The notes: generated from the sequence alone by a model not told the origin. A DNA stretch of 64,000 nt from Candidatus Obscuribacteraceae bacterium (GCA_044226015.1 JBGAHS010000010.1:64001-128000), one strand, 5' to 3'; shown: positions 1 to 10,192, counted from the stretch's first letter. Numbers and translations are program-made.

Positions 1-317
1 CAAGCAGGTTGCGTCCAAGAAGAGAAAAGAGCCAGCTAAGTTGGCTTTGAATACTCCGGACGAAGCCAACAACTAGCTGCAGGCATCGGGACCGCAAGCG
101 AGAACTTGTGTGAACCAGAGCCTGTCCGCACAATATGCGTTTTTTGAAGTCTAAAAGATATACGCTCTATATCTTGTGTTTTCGCGCCTGGGCGAAAATT
201 TATGAGTCACCGACCCAACATCCGTATGTATGTCGATTAGTCCTTTATTTGAAGTGGAATAGTTCAAACGAGGTCGGCATCGCTTGACCGATTTACGAAG
301 ACCACTGAGGTAGGATT

Positions 318-1109
318 ATGGCGGCTAGAGCTATCTGGACGGGGATTATCACTTTTGGAATGGTTAGCATTCCGATAAAGCTATACTCAGCTACGGAGAA
401 TAAGGATATTTCCTTCAATCAGTTGCATGTTGAATGTAAGGGACGTATCAAAGAGTTCAAGTTTTGTCCAACCTGTGACAGAAAAGTTGAAACGGATGAG
501 CTAGAGAAGGGCTACGAATACGCCAAAGGGCAGTACGTGATCATCAACAAAGATGATCTAGAAAAAATTCCTCTTCCAACAAAGAACAATATTGCGATTA
601 CTTCGTTTGTTCGCCTGGATGAGATTGACCCTGTTTTTTACGAGAAAACATATTACATCGAACCTGATGAGGCGGCGAAAAAACCGTTTGCTTTGTTCAT
701 GCGTGCGATTCAAGAAAAGGGTATGACGGCTATCGCAAATATTACGATGCGTACTAAAGAGCGTCTTTGCGCACTTCGTCCGATGGACGGTACACTTGTT
801 ATGAATACTTTGCTGTATCCAGATGAGATTCGGATTGGTCGCGGAAAAGCGCTTCCGGATGTTGCTGTTTCTGACAAAGAAATTGGCATGGCTGGAATGT
901 TAATCGACATGATGACACATGAGTTCAAACCTGAGGACTACAAAGATAATTACAGAGAAGCGTTGCTGAAAATTATCGAGGCAAAACTCGAAGGAAAAGA
1001 GATTGCAGAGGCTCCTGCCGCAGCTCAAGCCAACGTTGTGGATCTTATGGATGCTCTTGCTGCCAGCATGGAAAAAATGAAAGCACAGAAAACTGCTGCC
1101 ACGGGTTAG
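318..1109 (+). CDS. ku: Ku protein (NHEJ DNA end-binding)
   Basis: N-terminus RAIWTGIITFGMVSIPIKLYSA, KGYEY, IDPVFYEKTYYIEP and C-terminal NVVDLMDALAAS match prokaryotic Ku; adjacent to ligD. Confidence 0.95.
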   Translation: MAARAIWTGIITFGMVSIPIKLYSATENKDISFNQLHVECKGRIKEFKFCPTCDRKVETDELEKGYEYAKGQYVIINKDDLEKIPLPTKNNIAITSFVRLDEIDPVFYEKTYYIEPDEAAKKPFALFMRAIQEKGMTAIANITMRTKERLCALRPMDGTLVMNTLLYPDEIRIGRGKALPDVAVSDKEIGMAGMLIDMMTHEFKPEDYKDNYREALLKIIEAKLEGKEIAEAPAAAQANVVDLMDALAASMEKMKAQKTAATG

Positions 1110-1127
1110 GATTTTCGTTAGTTAAAC

Positions 1128-4100
1128 GTGAACGACGACGGCAAGGATGACTCAGAACCAGATTCGCAAGCTGCACAGAGCAGCTATGTGGATCTGGTTC
1201 GTTCCATTCAGGGTCTACCTGGGGTGCGCAAGACTGCATTCCCGTCTTACTTCCCTCCCATGCTCGCGAGTCTTGCTGAAAATGCATTCTCTAAGTCAGG
1301 TTGGATATATGAACCAAAAATGGATGGAATGCGTTGCATTGCGTTTATTGATGGAAACAAAGTAAAGCTACTCTCTCGGCGCGGTAAGAATATAACAGCG
1401 CAATACCCAGCTCTCGTTGCATCTTTACCGGAGTTGTGTAAATGCAGAGTTGTTTTGGATGGTGAAATAATTGCCCTCAATGCTGATGGTAAGCCATCAT
1501 TTCAGCTGCTTCAGCAGCGAATGAATCTCTTGAATGTAAGCGATATTTCCAGAGCAGACGCGCGAATACCTGTTCATTTCTTCGTTTTTGATATAGTTTA
1601 TGCCGCTGAATTTAGCCTGGCATCGACATCTCTGGTAAATAGAAAATCTGTATTGCAAAATTGTTTGACGGCATCATCAAACATCGTGATACTCAGGCAT
1701 TTCGAAGAGAACGGAAAGATTGCTTTTGAGGCGTGTATCGAGCACGGATTCGAAGGTATCGTCGCTAAACGAAAAGAAAGTCCCTACGAAACGGGGCGCC
1801 GGTCGCCATATTGGGTGAAGGTGAAAGGCACCAAAACTAGCGAGTTCGTCATAGCTGGATATAGTATGGGACAGGGATCTCGCTCAAACACCTTCGGTTC
1901 TCTGGTATTGGGCTATCACGATGCTCAGGGGCAGCTAGTGTACGCAGGGAGCGTCGGTTCTGGTTTTGATGAAAGATTGCTAGCAGACATGCTTCGCAGA
2001 ATGGATCCTTTGAAAATCAAGGCTTGTCCTATCTTGGGGATCCCCTCCGATAAGCGTGATTCCACCTGGGTGAAGCCAGAGCTGGTGGCAGAAATAAAGT
2101 TCATGGATTGGACTGATGATATGCATCTGCGAAATCCTGTTTTCTTGCATTTGCGGCATGATATCAATCCTGCCGAGGTGAAGGTAGTGAAGGCTATAGA
2201 TCTGTCGGAACTCGATAAAATTTCGGGGCGCTCAGGGAGCGATGATGTCGCGGGGAGCACAGGGAGCGATGCTGTCGCGGGGAGCACAGGGAGCGATGCT
2301 GTTGCGGGGCGCATGGGGCGCGATGATGTTGCGGGGCGCACCGGGCGCGATGATGTTGTGGGGCGCACAGGGCGCGATGATGTTGTGGGGCGCACAGGGC
2401 GCGATGATGTAGCGGGGCGCACCGGGCGCGATGATGTAGCGGGGCGCACCGGGCACGATGATGTTGTGGGGCGCATAGGGCGCGATGATGTTGTGGGGCG
2501 CAGAGGGCGCGATGAAGGTGTGGCGTGTTCCGACGACCTGCCATTTTCCGATGCTGAAAATTCAGAGGAACAATTTGGTTTTGATTTGCTCAAGCCGTCG
2601 GGTGGCGACCCGATCTCCCAACAAATGCTGTTACCTGGTGCTAATGTTGAATCACAGGTTGCTGCCTCTGCTGCAGAGTCTGGATTGCCAGTAATGCATC
2701 CAAGGGCGAAGCCACCGGCTGATCCATCGGTCGTCGATCCGAGTGGTGCCGGAATGGATCCGTGTGGTGCCGAAATGGATTCGAGTGGTGCCGGAATGGA
2801 TCCGTGTGGTGCCGGAATGGATCCGTGTGGTGCCGAAATGGATCCGAGTGGTGCCGGAATGGATCCGAGTGGTGCCGAAATGGATCCGAGTGGTGCCGGA
2901 ATGGATCCGAGTGGTGCCGGAATGGATCCGAGTGGTGCCGGATTGGATTCGAGTGGTGCCGGAATGGATCCGTGTGGTGCTAACACTCTGATTTCCAGCA
3001 AATCGCTCAACGGCACCGCCAGTAGTGCGGCTTCTGGATCGGGTTTGGGACCAGGTTCTGGAGCGGGTTTGGGACCAGGTTCTGGATCCGGTTCTGAATC
3101 AACTCCTGAATCAACTCCTGAATCAACTCCTGAATCAACTCCTGAATCAACCACTGAATCAGCTTGCGAAGCGGTTGTTCCCAATGAAGCATTAGTCCTC
3201 GAAAGAACAATTGAGGACATAGAGAGAGAGTTTCCCCTCTGGCAAAAGCTTGCGCAAAGCGTCATTGGTCAGTTGAGTGGAAAAGAAAAAAGCTATGCGT
3301 TAACTGTGGAGCAGGCGACAATCTCTTTGACAAATCTGGACAAAGTGCTGTATCCCTCGACGGAAAATTATCCTGCCGTCACCAAGAGAGATTATCTAAA
3401 AACGATTGCTTTCTTGGCGCCGTATATGTTGAAGCATCTATACGATCGACCCTTAACCATGATCCGCGCTCCGAGTGGAGTCCGCTCTCGCAGTTTCTAT
3501 CAAAAACACTGGAACCTCGATATTCCTGATTATTTGGAAAACATTCGAACTGAGCCTGATGATCCTACTCGACGAGATCAATTGCTCTGCAACAGCGTGG
3601 CGGGTTTGATTTTCCTTGCGCAAAATAACATTCTCGAATACCACTGTTGGCTTTCGCGCGTGCCTCACTTGGCTAAGCGAGGTGGCGAGCACACGGATTT
3701 GTCCTTGCTTGAAATTCCTGATTTTATGGCGTTCGACATCGATATCCATAGAGATGGCGAAAAGGAAAGTAAGCTGTTAGATCTAGCTCTCTTTGAGAAA
3801 GCCAGGGAAGCTGCATTTAAGCTAAAAGAAACGCTAGATCAACTTGGGCTTCCCTCGTTTTTGAAAACATCGGGAAGAAACGGACTTCATGTTTTCATTC
3901 CGATTATTCGTGACTTGAGGTTTGATGAGGTACGGGTTCTTTCGGAGATGATTGCTAAGCATGTCGAATCGAAATATACGCAAACGATATCTACTAGTGC
4001 GGTTGCGGCAAAGCGGGCTTCAAAAGTGTTCCTGGACTACCAAGCCAATACGAGAGGCAAAACGATCACGCTGCCCTATTCACCAAGATTGACTACGAAT

Positions 4101-4265
4101 GCCACGATCTCAATGCCTATAAGCTGGGCAGAACTTGAGCGGGTATATCCAGGAGATTTCAATCAGCGTGTCATTCAGGAGTTTGTTAATGCGAGAGGCG
4201 ATATCTGGAGCGATATTATGCGAAACCCTGATGATCTTGCAAAACGCTTTCACACAAAAAGATAA
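1128..4265 (+). CDS. ligD: DNA ligase D: ATP-dependent ligase domain, long repeat-derived linker, C-terminal primase-polymerase domain
   Basis: Ligase motifs [38 protein letters not shown]; polymerase motifs [37 protein letters not shown]...PYSPR; no phosphoesterase domain recognised. Confidence 0.92.
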   Translation: MNDDGKDDSEPDSQAAQSSYVDLVRSIQGLPGVRKTAFPSYFPPMLASLAENAFSKSGWIYEPKMDGMRCIAFIDGNKVKLLSRRGKNITAQYPALVASLPELCKCRVVLDGEIIALNADGKPSFQLLQQRMNLLNVSDISRADARIPVHFFVFDIVYAAEFSLASTSLVNRKSVLQNCLTASSNIVILRHFEENGKIAFEACIEHGFEGIVAKRKESPYETGRRSPYWVKVKGTKTSEFVIAGYSMGQGSRSNTFGSLVLGYHDAQGQLVYAGSVGSGFDERLLADMLRRMDPLKIKACPILGIPSDKRDSTWVKPELVAEIKFMDWTDDMHLRNPVFLHLRHDINPAEVKVVKAIDLSELDKISGRSGSDDVAGSTGSDAVAGSTGSDAVAGRMGRDDVAGRTGRDDVVGRTGRDDVVGRTGRDDVAGRTGRDDVAGRTGHDDVVGRIGRDDVVGRRGRDEGVACSDDLPFSDAENSEEQFGFDLLKPSGGDPISQQMLLPGANVESQVAASAAESGLPVMHPRAKPPADPSVVDPSGAGMDPCGAEMDSSGAGMDPCGAGMDPCGAEMDPSGAGMDPSGAEMDPSGAGMDPSGAGMDPSGAGLDSSGAGMDPCGANTLISSKSLNGTASSAASGSGLGPGSGAGLGPGSGSGSESTPESTPESTPESTPESTTESACEAVVPNEALVLERTIEDIEREFPLWQKLAQSVIGQLSGKEKSYALTVEQATISLTNLDKVLYPSTENYPAVTKRDYLKTIAFLAPYMLKHLYDRPLTMIRAPSGVRSRSFYQKHWNLDIPDYLENIRTEPDDPTRRDQLLCNSVAGLIFLAQNNILEYHCWLSRVPHLAKRGGEHTDLSLLEIPDFMAFDIDIHRDGEKESKLLDLALFEKAREAAFKLKETLDQLGLPSFLKTSGRNGLHVFIPIIRDLRFDEVRVLSEMIAKHVESKYTQTISTSAVAAKRASKVFLDYQANTRGKTITLPYSPRLTTNATISMPISWAELERVYPGDFNQRVIQEFVNARGDIWSDIMRNPDDLAKRFHTKR
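2225..2515 (+). repeat. In-frame 27-bp tandem repeat in ligD (about 11 x [13 protein letters not shown])
   Basis: Unit gggcgcgatgatgttgtggggcgcaca visible in DNA and protein. Confidence 0.9.
2736..2980 (+). repeat. In-frame 21-bp tandem repeat in ligD (about 12 x DPSGAGM-like)
   Basis: Unit gatccgagtggtgccggaatg. Confidence 0.9.
3036..3162 (+). repeat. In-frame 24-bp (GSGLGPGS) and 12-bp (ESTP) tandem repeats in ligD
   Basis: gggtttgggaccaggttctgga x2, then gaatcaactcct x4-5. Confidence 0.85.
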
Positions 4266-4367
4266 GGTAAAAAGCGAGTCGAAATACAAATGCTAGTGTG
4301 CGGATATACGATCGGCTTTTGCAAAATATACCTTCTAGGATAATTCTCTAACATTGTGGGAACCGCA

Positions 4368-4396
4368 TTGACACGGCTCCAGAGAGATTCTAGATT
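4368..4396 (+). promoter_or_regulatory. Sigma70-like promoter of the retron transcript
   Basis: TTGACA (4368-4373), 17-bp spacer, TAGATT (4391-4396), about 30 nt upstream of the a1 arm. Confidence 0.6.
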
Positions 4397-4428
4397 GATA
4401 CGCAGCAGTGAAATTTTGGAGGTGATAA

Positions 4429-4588
4429 GCATCTCTGGACCGCAGCGCGGTTTCGGTTGATGTTTCGTCAACCTGCTTTTACTGGGAATGACACGGGCAT
4501 TCGGTACACGTCTGCTTCGCATCCAGTTCCCTCAGCCCTTCCACCATACAGTACGCATTCCACTTTCAACTCGGAATAGCAGAGATGC
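4429..4588 (+). ncRNA. Putative retron msr-msd ncRNA
   Basis: a1 GCATCTCTG (4429-4437) is the reverse complement of a2 CAGAGATGC (4580-4588); unpaired G4438 follows a1 (candidate branching G); hairpins ACCGC-agc-GCGGT (4439-4451) and GGTTGA-tgtttcg-TCAACC (4455-4473); directly upstream of a retron-type RT. Confidence 0.7.
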
Positions 4589-5463
4589 CGTCATCATCCA
4601 TAGCACTGCCAATTATCAAAACCGAACGAGACCTCGCCGAATTCTTCGCTATCTCTGAATTTGAGTTGAAGCGTTTTTGTATTCGCACACAGGGTTTTTA
4701 TCATAGTTTCGAACGTCCAAAAAAGTCTGGAAAAGGGATGCGGATTATCTCTGCTCCGTCGGAAGCTTTGAAAGAACTGCAGCGCAAGATCAAGCGGGAT
4801 ATTTTGGATTTGCTTGAAACCCACTCGTCATGTATGGGTTATAAAAAGGGATTCTCCATAGTTGATAATGCTGCCCCACATGTTGGACAGCGATTCGTTT
4901 TGAATCTAGACATCAAAGACTTTTTTCAGTCAATCAGTTCTGCAAGAGTTGCGGGGTATTTTTGCTCCTTAGGATACTCAGAGGAAGTTTCTGTTTTGCT
5001 TTCTCGAATATGCTGCTACAAAAATGCTTTGCCACAGGGGGCGCCAACGTCGCCATCCCTGGCTAATTTGATTTGTAGTAAATTGGATAGAAGGCTTTGT
5101 GGAGTCGCCCGGAAAAACGGACTGGTTTATACGAGATATTGTGATGATATCACCATATCTGGTGGTGCTTTTGTTAAGCCGGGTTTGCAGCACTTCATTC
5201 AAGGTATTATTGCGGAAGAGGGGTTTGAGGTCAACAAAGACAAGACCCGTTTGCTCAGTCGCCGTTCTTGTCAGACTGTTACAGGGCTAGTTGTGAACGA
5301 GAAAGTTAGTATCCCGCGAAAGCGCAGGCGATTGATTCGTGCTATCTTGCACCAGTCAGAATTAGGACGCTCGCCTGGCATGTGTAACAACTATGTTTCT
5401 GGGTTACGCGGGTTTATGAACATGGTAAAAGTTCGAAGCTGTTCGGTGGGCTCGGCCATTTAG
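4585..5463 (+). CDS. Retron-type reverse transcriptase (292 aa, RT domain only)
   Basis: RIISAP..LK..Q, region X NAAPH, LDIKDFF, LPQGAPTSPSLAN, catalytic YTRYCDD, region Y VTGL; no maturase, HNH or fused effector domain. Confidence 0.9.
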   Translation: MPSSSIALPIIKTERDLAEFFAISEFELKRFCIRTQGFYHSFERPKKSGKGMRIISAPSEALKELQRKIKRDILDLLETHSSCMGYKKGFSIVDNAAPHVGQRFVLNLDIKDFFQSISSARVAGYFCSLGYSEEVSVLLSRICCYKNALPQGAPTSPSLANLICSKLDRRLCGVARKNGLVYTRYCDDITISGGAFVKPGLQHFIQGIIAEEGFEVNKDKTRLLSRRSCQTVTGLVVNEKVSIPRKRRRLIRAILHQSELGRSPGMCNNYVSGLRGFMNMVKVRSCSVGSAI

Positions 5464-5476
5464 AGTATATTCCTGA

Positions 5477-5558
5477 TAGGCGTTCGCGAAAATCTGCGAA
5501 GCGGTAGGGTCTCGGGAAAATCTGCGAAGCGTTAGGCGTTCGCGAAAATCTGCGAAGC
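5477..5558 (+). repeat. Three 28-bp degenerate units of the GCGAAGCGATAGC element family
   Basis: taggcgttcgcgaaaatctgcgaagcg-like unit x3 fills the gap between the convergent RT and ADP-ribosylhydrolase genes. Confidence 0.75.
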
Positions 5559-6499
5559 TAATTATTCTGAGCTGCTACTATCGTTTCAACGAACTTACTC
5601 AAGAGCGGCTTCACTATTTCCTGCCCGCGGAGTTCCTTTTGCCATCGCTGTGGGATAGCTCTGAGTCCATCCCTGACTCCAGCAAGTCCGCCAGCTATGG
5701 CGGCGGTCGTGTCGGTATCATAACCGAGGCCGATGGCTGCTTTTATGACATCCTCATAAGTGCCTTGCTCAAGGCACCACAATGCGCTGTAAAGGCTATC
5801 TACAACATAACCTGAGCCGCCAGGCGGTTCGTTTCTATGCATGATTTTCTCCAGTTCTTCGCTCAAACCGGGATCGTAGGCGCAGGTCTGTCGAACTGTG
5901 CTAACAGCTTCTTGCCAGGGTTCTACAGCTTCTCTCAATAATTTTCTAGCCAGTATGCTGTAAAGTGCGCAGCATACCTTAGATTGCGCGTGTGCATGTG
6001 TAATACTCGACTGTAGCATCGAGTCACGGGCCAGCTCTGCATCCGTACCGCGATGGAAGAGGGCTAAGGGAAGAACCCTCATCAATGACCCATTCCCGTT
6101 ATCTCTTTCTGTTTTCAGACCTGCGTCTAATGGGCGTACACCTTTTTGAAGACGCGCTATAGCCATTTGGGAGGTGGTTCCCACGTCGAAGACGATATGG
6201 TCCACAGCATTGTGACCTCTCTCGAGCCAATTCACGAGAAGATCAGCGAAGTCACGAGGATCGAATTCATCACATCGTAAAAGCGATTCTAGCAAGCACA
6301 ATGCCTGCGCACCATCGTCAGACCAGGTTCCGGCGGGCACTCCTAGATGGGCTGGTGTGAAATTTTTCGGTGGATCCATTTCAATCAGAGGCTTTTCCGG
6401 GATGTCCTCTGGCGGGCGAAACTCATACGGCACGCCCAGGGCATCACCGATGAGGAGTCCCATAATTCCACCATAGATTCGGTCCGCAAACGTAGTCAT
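5558..6499 (-). CDS. ADP-ribosylglycohydrolase (DraG/ARH family)
   Basis: IGDALGVPYEF, GTWSDDG, GNGSLMR, GYDTDTTAAIAG motifs. Confidence 0.92.
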   Translation of the reverse strand: MTTFADRIYGGIMGLLIGDALGVPYEFRPPEDIPEKPLIEMDPPKNFTPAHLGVPAGTWSDDGAQALCLLESLLRCDEFDPRDFADLLVNWLERGHNAVDHIVFDVGTTSQMAIARLQKGVRPLDAGLKTERDNGNGSLMRVLPLALFHRGTDAELARDSMLQSSITHAHAQSKVCCALYSILARKLLREAVEPWQEAVSTVRQTCAYDPGLSEELEKIMHRNEPPGGSGYVVDSLYSALWCLEQGTYEDVIKAAIGLGYDTDTTAAIAGGLAGVRDGLRAIPQRWQKELRGQEIVKPLLSKFVETIVAAQNN

Positions 6500-6777
6500 A
6501 ATCTGATTTCCGATGAATGCATTGCCTCATGATACTAGCTCACAGAAGATTTTGCGATCTTGACAGGGCTAAACAGCTGAATACTTTCGAGAGTTTCGCG
6601 GCTGACCAGCAAGCATGCTCTTTCACTGAGGCAGGAGAGCCTAACGGCAGTCCGAATGGTCGAGTGAGTCTCACAGCTACAGTTCGTTCAATTTAAACTT
6701 AAAGCAGACAAAATCAGATGTCGGTGCTAGCATCCATTCTTATCGGGTAACTAAATATAGGGCACTTGTGGGGTGTT

Positions 6778-8040
6778 ATGAATAGAACTGCTAAAGCCGT
6801 ATGTTTACTTCTTGTGCTTTGCACGGCTCTAATGCCGGTACTTGCAGGTCCTACGAAAACAACAACTGCAAAAGCACCGGCTAAGGCACCGGTGAATCCG
6901 GCTTTTGACAGCGGTGTTGCACTGTACAATCGTAAGGATTACCGAGCGGCTGCCGTCCAATTTGAGGCAGCTATGAAGACTTCGCCATCCAGTCCTGATG
7001 TCATCTACTATTGTGCTTTATGTAATCAGCTTAGTAATAACCGCTCGCGTGCGAAACAGTTGTTCGAATACATCAGCAATAACTTTCCGACCTCGAGAGT
7101 GGCTCCTATGGCACAAACTGCATTGGGTCAGTTGAATACTCTTTCGTCCGCTTCGCCCGGCTCCTCAGCTGCGAGTGTTTCCAGTTCTGCTTCGAACGTA
7201 GCTGCGAGTTTATCCAATCGTCGTGGCGGAGAATCCGATCTCGCAAATGTTCCTGATGTAGTTAAAATTCCTTTTGAGAAAAGAGGCAACGATATCATTG
7301 TCCAGGTCAAAGTAAACGGGAAGCAGGAGAGTTTTATTCTCGATACTGGAGCGCAAACAATTGCAATTGGAGCCAACCATCTTCGTGATTGGGGGATAAG
7401 TGCCAGTGAAGGACGCGACTCCTATGAAATTGGTGGTGTGGGCGATGGAAAGGCGAAGGGGTGGAATCAGCCGCTCGATATCAGATTGGGTCCAATTTAT
7501 CGCAAAGATTTTGTATGCTCAATTCACGACAATATGCCTGGTGAACCATTACTGGGGCAGGATTTTTTGAAGTCATTCAATATTAATGTCGATGATTCGA
7601 CGAGGTCTGTGGTTCTGGCAAAGAAAGGCTCGCTGGGCGCCAGGGATATTTCTCATCGGAGCTACTATGGAGTGGAGATCCCCTTTAAGCGTTTACCTAG
7701 CGGTCACATGATGGTGGACATAAAGATCAACAACAAACCATTTCCCATTATGTTTGATACCGGATGCGAACGAACATCCTTTGCTGCTAGCGACTGGACA
7801 AAACTGGGTTTTTCTATTCCAGATAGTGCTCAAAAGGGCAAGGCAATTGGCGTTTTAGGAGAGACTACTGCTTATTATTTCGAGACCGAATCAATAAAGC
7901 TGGGACCGATCGAGCAGTCACCCGCTCCAGTAAGTGTGACTGAGGGAAGCCGTGTGTCTCTGCTTGGAATGAGCTTTTACGGAACCAAAAAATACACAAT
8001 TGATACCACTCGTAGTGTAATTATTTTTGACGAAAAGTAA
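6778..8040 (+). CDS. Secreted TPR protein with two retropepsin-like aspartyl protease domains
   Basis: Signal-peptide-like N-terminus, TPR-like helices, two DTG motifs (ILDTGA, MFDTGC) each followed by LLG; ATG at 6778 preferred over TTG at 6766. Confidence 0.8.
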   Translation: MNRTAKAVCLLLVLCTALMPVLAGPTKTTTAKAPAKAPVNPAFDSGVALYNRKDYRAAAVQFEAAMKTSPSSPDVIYYCALCNQLSNNRSRAKQLFEYISNNFPTSRVAPMAQTALGQLNTLSSASPGSSAASVSSSASNVAASLSNRRGGESDLANVPDVVKIPFEKRGNDIIVQVKVNGKQESFILDTGAQTIAIGANHLRDWGISASEGRDSYEIGGVGDGKAKGWNQPLDIRLGPIYRKDFVCSIHDNMPGEPLLGQDFLKSFNINVDDSTRSVVLAKKGSLGARDISHRSYYGVEIPFKRLPSGHMMVDIKINNKPFPIMFDTGCERTSFAASDWTKLGFSIPDSAQKGKAIGVLGETTAYYFETESIKLGPIEQSPAPVSVTEGSRVSLLGMSFYGTKKYTIDTTRSVIIFDEK

Positions 8041-8340
8041 GAACTGCGTGATACTGTTTGCGGTGGCAACTTTAGTCGGCTGCAAATTCTTTTTGTGACG
8101 AAAAGTGCATGCTAATTGGTCTTATTCGGATCCGTGGATAGGCCAAGCAACCTTCCATTGGCACATCTGTCCGGTTCTGCGGTTAAAGACTCGTTACATC
8201 CGTTGTCTCGAAATGCCTGATTTGCGGACATGTACATGGATGTCAATGATAGGCGTTTCTTAGATAAGGCTCTTGCAGATGGAAAAACCATATAATAGTC
8301 AGCTCTTGTTTAGTACTTTTGATGTGTAAGGAGAGCTGCT

Positions 8341-9441
8341 GTGCTCAAAGCTGGAATTGTCGGATTGCCGAACGTTGGAAAATCAACTTTATTCAACGCT
8401 TTGACGGCATCATATCAAGCCGAAAGTGCTAATTATCCATTTTGTACGATTGAGCCCAATGTTGGAATCGTGAAGGTACCAGACACTCGTCTCGACAAAC
8501 TGACTCGGATGGTAAATCCCCAACAAACAATTCCAGCGGCATTCGAATTCGTTGATATTGCTGGGCTGGTTCGAGGCGCAAGCAAAGGCGAGGGACTAGG
8601 CAACCAATTTCTAGCTCATATTCGGGAAGTTGATGCGATAGTGCATGTGGTGCGTTGTTTCGATGACGAAAACATAACTCACGTTGACGGGCAAATTAAT
8701 CCTGTGCGGGATCTCGAAACGATCACCATTGAGCTTTGCATGTCTGATTTTGCTTCAATTACTAAGCGACTTGAGCGCTTGCAAAAACAAAAGCGAACCG
8801 GCGACAAACGTGCCGTTTTGGAATGCAGCATTTTTGAAAAAATTCTTCCGCAGATTGAAAATGCTCAGGCTGTCGATATGAGCCTTTTGACTGATGATGA
8901 AAAAGAAATTGTTCCACAGCTTCAATTGTTGTCAACAAAGCCCTTACTCTATGCTGCAAACGTGAAGGAAGAGCAGCTGGGAAATCCAGATTCGAATCCG
9001 TACATTCAAGAGTTGCGCAAACGAGCTGCTGAAGAGAATCGCGCAGTGGTTATTATTTCGGCTCAAATTGAAGCTGAGTTAGCTGCCCTGGAAGCCGAAG
9101 AGCGTCAATCTTATTTAGAAACGTTGGGTGTGAAGGATTCGGGTGTTAACAACTTAATTCGAGCTGCCTTCGAACAATTAGGCTTAGTAACCTATTTCAC
9201 GGCGGGTGAAAAAGAAGTAAGAGCCTGGCCGTTTGAACGAGGTTTCACTGCTCCTCAGTGTGCGGGGATCATTCATACTGACTTCGAAAGAGGCTTCATC
9301 AAGGCTGAAGTGATTTCTTACAACGATTACGTGAACTGTGGAACAGAAAAAGTCTGTAAAGAAAAGGGTCTGATGCGGCTGGAAGGCAAGAGCTACGTGA
9401 TGCAGGATGGAGATGTTGTGCATTTTCTATTCAATGTCTAA
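8341..9441 (+). CDS. ychF: Redox-regulated ATPase YchF (Obg family)
   Basis: [57 protein letters not shown] aaggag upstream of GTG. Confidence 0.97.
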   Translation: MLKAGIVGLPNVGKSTLFNALTASYQAESANYPFCTIEPNVGIVKVPDTRLDKLTRMVNPQQTIPAAFEFVDIAGLVRGASKGEGLGNQFLAHIREVDAIVHVVRCFDDENITHVDGQINPVRDLETITIELCMSDFASITKRLERLQKQKRTGDKRAVLECSIFEKILPQIENAQAVDMSLLTDDEKEIVPQLQLLSTKPLLYAANVKEEQLGNPDSNPYIQELRKRAAEENRAVVIISAQIEAELAALEAEERQSYLETLGVKDSGVNNLIRAAFEQLGLVTYFTAGEKEVRAWPFERGFTAPQCAGIIHTDFERGFIKAEVISYNDYVNCGTEKVCKEKGLMRLEGKSYVMQDGDVVHFLFNV

Positions 9442-9484
9442 GCGCACTTTGGGTGCAGGCTCTTGGAATGCCTTTAAAAATAAT

Positions 9485-9999
9485 GCTGTTCGCGAAAATT
9501 CGAGTTGGGGCAGAAAAACGCGGAGCGATACCTGTTCGCGAAAATTCGAGTTGGGGGAGAAAAACGCGAAGCGATAGCTGTTCGCGAAAATTCGAGTTGA
9601 GGGAGAAAAACGCGAAGCGATAGCTGTTCGCGAAAATTCGAGTTGAGGGAGAAAAACGCGAAGTGATAGCTGTTCGCAAAAATTCGAGTTGAGGGAGAAA
9701 AACGCGAAGCGATAGCTGTTCGCGAAAATTCGAGTTGAGGGAGAAAAACGCGAAGCGATAGCTGTTCGCGAAAATTCAAGTTGAGGGAGAAAAACGCGAA
9801 GCGATAGCTGTTCGCGAAAATTCGAGTTGAGGGAGAAAAACGCGAAGTGATAGCTGTTCGCAAAAATTCGAGTTGAGGGAGAAAAACGCGAAGTGATAGC
9901 TGTTCGCAAAAGTTCGAGTTGGGGAGAAAAACGCGAAGTGATAGCTGTTCGCGAAAATTCGAGTTGAGGGAGAAAAACGCGAAGCGATAGCTGTTCGCG
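9485..9999 (+). repeat. Tandem array, 46-bp unit x about 11, GCGAAGCGATAGC element family
   Basis: Unit gctgttcgcgaaaattcgagttgagggagaaaaacgcgaagcgata at 9485, 9531, 9577 and onward. Confidence 0.95.
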
Positions 10000-10192
10000 T
10001 TTGGGATTGCAATGAGTAACCAGAAGCTATATCAAAGAATCGTGATTCTGCCTCTCTGCGTTGGTTTTGGGGCGTTACATGGTTTCGATAGCGCTTTTGA
10101 TTAAGTGGCGATTATAAATGAATTTAGTGGTTTCCAAAACTCTCATCGCACCTTGCATAGAATGATCTGTAATTCCCTCTGGGTCACATAAA

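Noticed and set aside
1925..3265. 446-aa antisense ORF and other short ORFs in ligD
   Set aside because: Shadows of the stop-poor repeat linker of ligD.
4488..4658. 56-aa ORF inside the ncRNA as a hidden retron effector
   Set aside because: No convincing SD, overlaps the RT out of frame and has no recognisable features; the antisense 4250-4522 ORF is equally unsupported. Not excluded without Ribo-seq.
4585..5463. Group II intron, DGR or DRT2-type RT
   Set aside because: No maturase/HNH domain, intron domain V or TR/VR pair seen; despite YCDD, the small size, NAxxH and VTG motifs and a1/a2 repeat fit a retron.
9427..10012. ORFs with RTAIASRFS / NSYRFAFF / EQLSLRVFL repeats (also at 25.8-26.5, 29.2-30.0, 34.6-34.9, 37.0-37.7, 52.0-52.2, 57.3-57.6 and 61.2-61.8 kb)
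   Set aside because: Translations of the non-coding arrays; unit lengths are mostly not multiples of 3, so the same peptides cycle through all frames.
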